Origin: Prasinococcaceae sp. CCMP 1430
Taxonomy: Eukaryota > Plantae > Prasinodermophyta
Assembly (NCBI GenBank): GCA_013416795.1
Contig: RQSC01001079.1
Location: forward strand, 4,366 to 21,081
DNA: 16,716 nt
Direction: 5' to 3'
Of this stretch, positions 9,708-16,716 are shown piece after piece. The number at the start of each line of letters is the position of its first letter. Within the stretch, counting starts at the first letter, position 1. The position numbers and the translations under genes were made by a program. The notes under the pieces were generated by a model that was given only the letters and a program-made list of their open reading frames with translations, had not been told where the DNA came from and did no database searches.

Positions 9708-9817
9708 CCCTAAACCCTAAACCCTAAACCCTAAACCCTAAACCCTAAACCCTAAACCCTAACCCTAACCCTAAACCCTGAATTCAGGGTAGGGTTTTTC
9801 AGGGTAGGGTTTTCAGG
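9708..9817. repeat. Interstitial telomeric-type repeat with an inversion centre
   Basis: (CCCTAAA)x7 9708-9756, (CCCTAA)x2, CCCTAAA, CCCTGAA ending 9782, then TTCAGGG TAGGG TTT TTCAGGG TAGGG TT TTCAGG 9783-9817. TTTAGGG is the plant/green-algal telomere unit. Confidence 0.95.
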
Positions 9818-10202
9818 CTGTTCCTTCGTCTCGGCGGTTCCATGACGAGCGCCTTGCAGGCGTTTGTGCCCCCGGGTTGAGCGCGCAGAGACTGCGGCTG
9901 ATATTCACGATCCCGTAGCACTCTTCAGATGTCGAAATGCATGCCTGAGCGCAGAGTTATGGCTGTGTGACGTTTTTGTTTCATTTGATGGATTTTGACA
10001 TACGTCTGCACTGACATGGAGTGGCGTGTCGGCACGTGGCGCCTGCAGGGCACGTGCTGCATTTTTGTCAGTGGTGTTTTGCACGAGCGGCGCGTGCAGT
10101 GGCGCGCGGACGCGACCCCGGCGTGTGTACGACCACGGGCCGCGTTTTCACGCACCTCTTTTGCGCCCGTCGACCTCCTTTTCGTGCATCTTTTCCCTGG
10201 AG

Positions 10203-10476
10203 CCTTGCTTCTCCACCACCACCTCCTCCGAGCCCGTCTCCTCCGAGCCCTCCGAGCCCGCCTCCCCCGAGCCCACCTCCACCACCCCCTCCCCCTCCCC
10301 AGAGCCCGCCTCTGAGGACTTCCGTGCCTCGCAGCGCCAGCGGCGTCGCCGCCGCCAGCGTCGCCGCCGCCGTCATGGTGGCCGCCGCCCTCTTTTTGGG
10401 CCTGCGCAGCAGGAGGCCGAGGGAGAGCGAGCACACCGTCGATACGACTCCCTCTACTCCTGCCCAGCGCGAGTGA
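10203..10476 (+). CDS. Orphan 3' exon or gene remnant: Ser/Pro-rich stalk + transmembrane helix + basic tail
   Basis: Frame 1 reads SPPPPPPSPSPPSPPSPPPPSPPPPPPPPPQSPP...SGVAAASVAAAVMVAAALFLGL-RSRRPR...stop 10474-10476; pyrimidine-rich AG at 10201-10202 upstream, TGTAA at 10608. No in-frame ATG before the Pro tract. Other frames of this low-complexity tract are also open. Confidence 0.45.
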
Positions 10477-10607
10477 CGGCCACCAGCATCGGCACCACGG
10501 CTGGAGGCGCTTTTTTGCATCATTTTTCGCTCTCAGCGCACTGGCTGGCGCCGCCCCCTCCCCCCGCACGGAGGCCTCCGGCGGGGGGTGCTCATTAAAC
10601 CCTTTTT

Positions 10608-10612
10608 TGTAA
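10608..10612 (+). promoter_or_regulatory. Putative UGUAA polyadenylation signal
   Basis: TGTAA in a T/A-rich patch about 130 nt past the stop at 10476. Confidence 0.4.
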
Positions 10613-11205
10613 CCAAAAGAAGCGAGCCCGACCGCGCCGCGCAAACCCGCGCCCCCTCCTCGCGCCGCGCGCCGCCGCGCCGCGCCGGGGAGGAGCCGAG
10701 TCCGGCGGAGGGATCGCCCTACTGGTTTGGATGCGTTCGCGCGCGCGCGCCCCGCGGATCACCACCCTCATCCCACAGCGAGCGCCCCCCTGCGAACGGC
10801 GGCTCTCCGAGGCGCACGGATGAACAGACTGCCGTTGAACGCATGCACGCGCAGCACACACGCCCGCGTTCCTCGCGGCCGCCCCGCGCCGCGTTCGTCG
10901 CGGGCGCGCGCGCGAGCCCACGGGCCGAAAGCCACCCTTCGTTTTGACCAAAGGGTGGTTTGACGAGCGTTTTGACGTGGGGCGGCGCGGACGGGCGGGG
11001 TGTTAAATCTGCGCGACAATTTCTCCGCGGCCGCGTAAAAAATATCCGCGCCACAACGCGCACGCGTCGCGCGGCCGCGTCCCGCGAGGGGACGGCAGAC
11101 AACGCACAACAGGAGGGGAGGGGGAGCCGCGGTTGCGCCCTTCGTCTCATCCGCGGGGCAGACGTGCTCGAGGACAGCGAGGCGTGTGGGCGGCGGCGCG
11201 CCACG

Positions 11206-12492
11206 ATGGCCCCTGCCAATGGCGACCTTCAGCTCCTCAAGGCCGACTACCGCGAGGCGTACAAGCTCGGCAAGACCCTGGGGCAGGGTGCCTTTGGCAA
11301 GGTCAAGCTCGCCACGCGGCGCTCGGATGGCATCGAGGTGGCCGTCAAGCTGGTGAACACGAACGAGTGGTCTGAGAGGGAGCGCAAGCAGTTTGAGAAT
11401 GAGATCCGCACCCTTTACGAGCTCCAGCACCCCAACATCGTCCGCCTCTTCGATGTGTATGAGTCGGAGCCCCGCCAGTACGCGATGATCATGGAGTTGG
11501 CGAGCGGCGGCGAGCTGTTCGACCGCATTCAGCAGCGCGGGTCATTCTCCGAGCAGGAAGCCCAGTTTGTCATGAGGAAGCTCCTTAGTGCGCTCGCATA
11601 TATGCACAAGAAGGACATTGCTCATCGGGACCTCAAGCCGGAGAACATCATGTACGCCACGGGCGAGGAGAACTCCGAGCCCAAGCTGACCGACTTCGGC
11701 TTCGCGAAGAAGGCGCAGCCGATCGAGGAGGACGTTCCCGCGGGCGCGACATCGCCCCCCCCGGGCGCGCTGAAGACGCGTCTCGGCTCGCCGAACTACG
11801 TCGCGCCGGAGATCCTGACCTCGAAGACGGGTTACAGCACGAGCGTGGACATTTGGAGCATGGGAGTGATTTTGTACATTCTGCTGTGCGGATACTTCCC
11901 CTTCTACCACGAGAACGAGCGCGAGCTCTACCGGCAAATCAAAGCGGGCAAGTTCGACATGCCAGTGGAGGAGTGGGGGCACGTCTCGGACAACGCCAAG
12001 GACCTCGTGCGCAAGATGCTCCAGATCAACCCCAAGAAGCGCATCACGGCTCACCAGGCGCTCAGGCACCCCTGGCTCAGGGGCGAGGCCTCCAGCGAGA
12101 TCATGCCCGAGGAGACGCTCAAGGCCTTCTCTGACATGAACCGCATTCGCAAGCGCTCCTTCAAGGGGGCAGCCCAGGCCATCGCCGCCGCTGTCCGTAC
12201 CGAGAAGGCGAGGGGCGGGGAAGGCAAGGCCGAGGTGGGCGACGTGGCAGTGCTCGCCATCCAGAAGGCCCGGCGCGCGGCTGCTGCAGCGGAAGAGGAC
12301 AAGGAGTACACCAACGCCTCCATGGCCTTTGCGGACGAGATCACCTCCGACGAGGTGCGCAGGCCTGAGCCGAAGGGCGGTGCTGGCAGGGCGGCCGCCG
12401 GCGGCGCGGGCGCCAAGAAGCCCATGCACCCCGCGCAAGCGGGCAACTCGGGCGGCGGGAGCCCCATGTGCACCTCATGCGCGCTCATGTGA
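11206..12492 (+). CDS. CAMK-group Ser/Thr kinase, CaMKI-like, no EF-hands, intronless, 428 aa
   Basis: ATG 11206 (ACGATGG); track start at 10960 is TTG. GQGAFG, VAVK, ELASGGELFDRI, HRDLKPEN, DFG, GSPNYVAPE, DIWSMGVILYILLCGYFPF; followed by a basic amphipathic RIRKRSFKGAAQAIAAAVR segment like the CaMKI CaM-binding region; ends CTSCALM. Confidence 0.93.
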   Translation: MAPANGDLQLLKADYREAYKLGKTLGQGAFGKVKLATRRSDGIEVAVKLVNTNEWSERERKQFENEIRTLYELQHPNIVRLFDVYESEPRQYAMIMELASGGELFDRIQQRGSFSEQEAQFVMRKLLSALAYMHKKDIAHRDLKPENIMYATGEENSEPKLTDFGFAKKAQPIEEDVPAGATSPPPGALKTRLGSPNYVAPEILTSKTGYSTSVDIWSMGVILYILLCGYFPFYHENERELYRQIKAGKFDMPVEEWGHVSDNAKDLVRKMLQINPKKRITAHQALRHPWLRGEASSEIMPEETLKAFSDMNRIRKRSFKGAAQAIAAAVRTEKARGGEGKAEVGDVAVLAIQKARRAAAAAEEDKEYTNASMAFADEITSDEVRRPEPKGGAGRAAAGGAGAKKPMHPAQAGNSGGGSPMCTSCALM

Positions 12493-12729
12493 GGTGTGGC
12501 GGTGTGCGGCTCCACGCGCGGGGCGTGCGGCAGTCGCGGCGTCGGCGCTGGTGACGCGCTCATACAACAACGGCGCGCCGGTGCTGTGGCGAGGATTGAT
12601 CTCCCCGAGAGTCGCCCCAGGATGGGCCCACCTAGCTAGGCATCCCCGCACGCAGAGTAAAAACGCCGCTTGGTGCGTACGCCATTGCTCGGGCCACTTT
12701 TCTTCGTGCCTGTGATACGTACAAAGTTA

Positions 12730-12734
12730 TTACA
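12730..12734 (-). promoter_or_regulatory. Putative UGUAA polyadenylation signal of rsmE-like gene
   Basis: TTACA on + (TGTAA on -), 10 nt past the minus-strand stop at 12745. Confidence 0.55.
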
Positions 12735-12744
12735 GCGCTCCGCC

Positions 12745-13688
12745 TCACGGCGCGTCCCCGAGGCCCTCCTTGAGCACGGCGAGCAGCGCCACCACGGCAG
12801 CCTCCGTCGTGAGCGTGCGCGCGCCGATGTGCGCGGGCCGGAAGCCGAACTCGTCGCGCAGCATGGCCAGCTCGTGCGCCTGCCAGCCGCCCTCGGGGCC
12901 GATGGCCACCACGGCGTTGGCGCCGGGGCGCGCGGTGGCCGCCAGCTCAGACAGCCTGGGCGCCACATCTTCGAGCCCAGCCGCGCACGCCGGGTGTGCC
13001 AGCACGAGCAGCGCGCCCTCCCCCGCCTCATCGGCCGCCGCGCGCGCCGCCGTGCGGAGGTGCCTGTGCACGTGCACAGGAGGCACGCGCGTGTCGCAGC
13101 CCGCCTGCTCGAGCCCGCGCGTGAGCTCCCTCGCGCGCGTATCCTCGTCCAGCGCGCGCGAGGAGAAATAGCTCCTCTCTACACGCGCAGCCGCCGTCAG
13201 GCGGACCTCGCGCACCCCCATCGCCGCCAGCGGCGCCCACAGGCGCCGCAGCACTTTTGGCCGCGGCACTTGTGCAGCGGACGTGGACGCGCAGTGTCGA
13301 CGCGGTGGCACGGCGTCAGTCTGGGCGGCCGCGGCAGGCGGCGCGCTGCGGACCCCGCGATCGAGGACGGCGCCCCGGGTCGCGGGCGCGCCTACACTCA
13401 CCTGCGAGCAGCACCGAAGTCCGCGGCCGGTGCAGCTGTGAATGCGCTTCCCTGCTGTCGCTCGCCGCCACTGTGAGCTCCACCCCGCCATCGGCGGTGA
13501 GCGCGCGCACAGTCGCTTCGGCGAGCGCGCCGTCAAGCACGCCCACCCTGAGCGCGTCGCCCTCCGCAGCTCGCAACACCTCGCGCACGTGCCGCGCGCG
13601 CTCGTCGCCTCCGCCGAGCCGCACGACGGCCGGCGGCGCTCCCGCGGGCAGCGGCAGCGGCAGCTCGGCGCGCTCGAAGAGCAGCCGG
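12745..13688 (-). CDS. rsmE: RsmE-like SPOUT rRNA m3U methyltransferase, join(>13688..13402,13268..12745); start in gap
   Basis: RLLFERAEL...DERARHVREVLRAAEGDALRVG, LLA/VPRPKVLRRL (joined by splicing), GVREVRLTAAARVERSYF, VAIGPEGGW, IGARTLTTEAA. Confidence 0.88.
13269..13401 (-). other. rsmE intron (133 nt, phase 1)
   Basis: GTGAGT donor, ACTGAC branch site, CACAAG acceptor; removal gives SVLLAVPRPK. Confidence 0.85.
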
Positions 13689-14012
13689 NNNNNNNNNNNN
13701 NNNNNNNNNNNNNNNNNNNNNNNNNNNNNNNNNNNNNNNNNNNNNNNNNNNNNNNNNNNNNNNNNNNNNNNNNNNNNNNNNNNNNNNNNNNNNNNNNNNN
13801 NNNNNNNNNNNNNNNNNNNNNNNNNNNNNNNNNNNNNNNNNNNNNNNNNNNNNNNNNNNNNNNNNNNNNNNNNNNNNNNNNNNNNNNNNNNNNNNNNNNN
13901 NNNNNNNNNNNNNNNNNNNNNNNNNNNNNNNNNNNNNNNNNNNNNNNNNNNNNNNNNNNNNNNNNNNNNNNNNNNNNNNNNNNNNNNNNNNNNNNNNNNN
14001 NNNNNNNNNNNN
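13689..14012. other. Assembly gap (324 N)
   Basis: Run of N seen directly. Confidence 0.99.
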
Positions 14013-16135
14013 CCGCCGCCGCCGCCGACGCCGCCGCCGAGGCTGCCGCCGAGGCGCGCACGGCAGGGAGCGCGGGGAGTGTGGTGGGGGGGGAGGAGGG
14101 CGATGTGGAGGGAGGGGTGGAATCGTCTGTGAGTGGGGGCGAGGTGGCGACACCCACATGGCTGTGGCGCCTGTGGCTGGCGCACGCGCTCTCGCGGTGC
14201 GGCACGAAGGCGTGGGACTTTGCTGTGCCGCTCGCGCTGCTCGCGGCGGCGCCCGGGTGGGGCCTGCGCGCCCCCGCATGCTACCTGCTCGCGCGCTATA
14301 GCGCGCAGTCGGCGCTGGGGCCCTCCGTGGGCACCGCGTGTGACCGTGCGCCGCGGCTGCGCGCGGCCGCGTGGGGTGCGGGCGCGCAGGGCTTCGCTGT
14401 CGCGGGCACGGCGCTCGCCGCGGCGGCTTTCGCGCTCAGCGGCGCGGGCAGTAGTGGCGACGACGGCGTCAGCGGCGCGGGGTGGTTTGTCGCGCTTGCG
14501 TGTGCGTTCGGTGTCGCTGAGGTGCTGGGCGCGACGGCCGTGGGCGTGCTGGTCTCCAAAGACTGGGTTCCGACGCTGTGCGAGCGCACGCGTGCGCCTC
14601 CAGAGCTGCTCGCGCGCGCCAACGGCTGGATGAGCCGCATCGACCTCGGTGCAGAGACGTTTGCGCCGCTCGTGACGGGCGCGGCGCTGGCGGCCGCGCC
14701 GCAGACGGGCGGTGGCGCCGCAGCGGTCGTCGCCGCGGCAGGCGCGCTCAACGCGGCGTCGTTCGCCGCAGAGTACGCGCTGCTCGCGGGGGTGCATCGC
14801 GAGCACGAGGTGGCGCTGCGGCGCGAGCCCGCGCGGCAGGAAGCGCCGCAGGGGGACGGCGCGCCGCGCGCCGCGCCTCGCACCAAGGGCGCGATCGCGG
14901 CGTTTGCGTCGCACCCGTACGGTCTGCAGCTTGTCATTTTGTCGTACTCGCTGCTGTACCTCACGGTGCTGTCGCCTCACGGTGCGCTCCTCACGGCGTA
15001 TCTTAGCAGCGTGGGCGTGTCGCAGCCCGCACTCGGCGTGTTCCGCGGAGCGGGCGCGCTCGCGGGCGTCTGTGGCGTCGCTCTCTACAGCCGCGGCGGG
15101 CGCCTCTCAAGCACCGGCCTGGCCGCGGGCGCGCTGGCGGCGTGCGTCGCAGGTGCGGCGGGCGCATTCCACTCCGTCGGGGGATTCGCAGCTGGAGGTG
15201 AGTCGGCGCGAGGCACGCGCGGGCGCACATCCACGCGCTCGCACGCACGCTCGCACGTGTGCGCACTGCGCACGCTTGCGCGGGCGCGGGCGCAGCCAAG
15301 GGCACGCGCGTCTGCCTTGCCCGGCGCGCGCGCTCGCACGCGCTGCGCCATGCGCGCGCTGCTAGCTCTGCAGCTCACGCGGTGTTGGCGCGCGCGCGCG
15401 CTGCGCCTCGCAGAGCCGGATGCCCACCAGACGGCGGCGGCTCTCTTCATGGCGTTCGTCGTGGCCGCGCGCGTGGGCCTGTACGACTTCGAGCTGGGCT
15501 GCATCGAGATCCAGCAGCGTCTCGTAGATGCGACCACGCGGAGCTCGCTGGGCTCTGTGGAGTCCGCCCTGTGCGCTTTCTTCACACTCATCGTTTACGC
15601 AATGGCGACATTCGTGCCCGACATCGACTTCGGTCTTCTGGTGACCATATCTACCGTCGCCGTGACGACTGCCGCCGCCATACACTGGAGCTGGCTTGCG
15701 ATGTGGCACGAGGAGGAGCACTCGCACGACATCGCGCCCATTGGCGTCTCTGACAGCGGGAGCGAGTGGGACGAGAGCGAGAGCAGGGCCCTGCTGAACG
15801 TTGCCGGCGACGCTGGCGAGGGCGCCGACCGAGAGCCCGCGATGGCACAGCCCGAGCGTGAGGCTCTGGCGCTGGCAGCCAGGTGGCACCCGCACACTAC
15901 GCAGCACGTTCCCAGCCTGTCGCCTGTGGAGATTGGGGCCGACATGCTCAACGTGGTCATCCCAGGGCCGGTTGGCGCGAGCCATGTCGACGCCGGCAGC
16001 GATGTCGCAGGCATGCACGTGCACACGCACCCCGTGTACCGCGGGCCGCGAGTGAGGCGATCGCGCGTTGGGCGCAGCGGCGGGCCAAGGACGCGTGCAG
16101 CCGCGCGATCGACTAGTGTGTATGCGCGCTTGTGA
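14013..16135 (+). CDS. FPN: Ferroportin/IREG (SLC40, FPN1 family) metal exporter, join(<14013..15197,15414..16135); start in gap
   Basis: LWLAHALSRCGTKAWDFAVPL (H..sr.G.r.WeFav), GPSVGTACDR, DWVPTL...ANGWMSRIDLGAETFAPL, LLYLTVLSPHGALLTAYL, FRGAGAL, ARVGLYDFEL, GSVESAL. The exact 3' end could differ if a small intron lies near 16052-16100. Confidence 0.87.
15198..15413 (+). other. Ferroportin intron (216 nt, phase 1, 3n, stop-free)
   Basis: GTGAGT donor, GCTCAC 15373-15378, CTCGCAG acceptor; GCGCAC-rich like the other introns; its translation is Arg/Ala-rich and not FPN-like. Confidence 0.8.
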
Positions 16136-16369
16136 TCGGGAGGTCTCGATAGCGAGGCACCGCATTTGCCTTATGTGTTTGCATCGCGCCGTAGACAGGT
16201 GCGAAGTACGGCAGAGTAGAGATAGCTGAGAGAGAGAGGGAGAGTCGAAAGGAGTCGAGGGTAGCCCTCCCAGTGCTCGCCACGAATGCATCGACTACAT
16301 GTATGCGATTTCTCTTGTACTCACCGACTGTGCACAAGTCGGCACGCTCGCGCCATCGCGCCGACCCCA

Positions 16370-16647
16370 TCACGCAGGCAGCCCGATCTCCTTCTTGAGC
16401 TGCTCCACCCACGCGGCCACGCGCACGTCCGTGAGCTCGGGCTGGTTCTCATTGTCGATGACCAGGCCGACGAACTGGTCTTCGCGCTGCGCTCGGCTGT
16501 ACTCGAATTCGTACCCCTCGACGCTCGTCTGCCCGATGGGAATGCAGCCACGGCTGAGCATGCGGTCGGCGACCATGCCCATCGCGTCGGCAAAGTACTC
16601 CGAGTACTTGACCTGGTCGCCGGTGCCGAAGACCGCCACACGCACAC
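16370..16647 (-). CDS. FLD: Long-chain flavodoxin (IsiB/FldA-like), last exon; rest of the gene lies beyond the window end
   Basis: VAVFGTGDQVKYSEYFADAMG...GYEFEYSRAQREDQFVGLVIDNENQPELTDVRVAAWVEQLKKE matches the cyanobacterial flavodoxin C-half; acceptor GTGCAG at 16648, GCTGAC branch 16688-16693; TGA 16370-16372. Confidence 0.93.
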
Positions 16648-16716
16648 CTGCACGCGCACGAGCACACGCGTCCGCCCGCCCGCGCGCGTCAGCGATGGAA
16701 TCCAAGTACCCCCCCC

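Noticed and set aside
9780-9785. EcoRI site at the telomere inversion as a cloning scar
   Set aside because: GAATTC arises automatically from CCCTGAA abutting TTCAGGG, and the TTCAGGG variant recurs to the right; a library artefact is not excluded but is not needed.
10061-10067. ATTTTTG Sm-site-like motif suggesting an snRNA
   Set aside because: No U1/U2/U4/U5 hallmark sequence upstream; T-runs are common in this segment.
10068-10523. Minus-strand Gly-rich ORF with GCCACCATG at 10376 (MTAAATLAAATPLALRG...)
   Set aside because: It is the complement of the Ser/Pro + TM frame; the + frame has a more coherent architecture and a downstream TGTAA. Not fully excluded without stranded RNA data.
10596-10608. 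TAAACCCT followed by a T-run as a telomerase RNA template or telo-box
   Set aside because: Only 8 nt, immediately followed by what would be a Pol III terminator, and no recognisable USE/TATA promoter.
11542-12438. 298-aa minus ORF and the many other overlapping ORFs in the track
   Set aside because: Codon-symmetric shadows of real genes; stops are rare in high-GC DNA; no recognisable motifs.
3771-15413. Introner-type mobile intron family
   Set aside because: Introns share composition but no alignable sequence, terminal repeats or target-site duplications by eye.
16215-16250. Short (GA)n tract between ferroportin and flavodoxin
   Set aside because: Ordinary imperfect microsatellite in a 3' UTR region.
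1-16716. CRISPR arrays, tRNA/rRNA genes, transposase or reverse-transcriptase ORFs
   Set aside because: No repeat-spacer pattern, cloverleaf, rRNA signature or TE catalytic motif recognised.

Overview
Eukaryotic, very GC-rich (roughly 70% by eye, not computed), gene-dense nuclear DNA. Short GT-AG introns with CTGAC/CTCAC branch sites, TGTAA poly(A)-type signals just past several stops, a TTTAGGG telomere-type repeat and a cyanobacterial-type flavodoxin point to a green alga, possibly prasinophyte-grade (inference; species not determinable). Genes in order: bestrophin-like VCCN/BST channel (+, 5' partial); F-box-like protein (-, start in gap); hypothetical protein (+); Vps68/TMEM50 (-); 4-exon organellar Obg GTPase (-); ELO fatty-acid elongase (+, no AUG found for its N-terminus); an interstitial back-to-back telomeric repeat; an orphan Ser/Pro-rich + transmembrane reading frame; CaMKI-like kinase ending in a CaaX box (+); RsmE-like methyltransferase (-, start in gap); ferroportin-like transporter with a His-motif tail (+, start in gap); long-chain flavodoxin (-, 5' partial). 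There are two N gaps (2891-3611, 13689-14012). Most ORF-track entries are GC-driven shadows, read through introns or gaps, or start at non-ATG codons. Gene identities come from motifs recognised by eye, not database searches. The most unusual features are the telomeric element at 9708-9817 with its flanks, the ferroportin His tail next to flavodoxin, the CaaX kinase and the AUG-less elongase.
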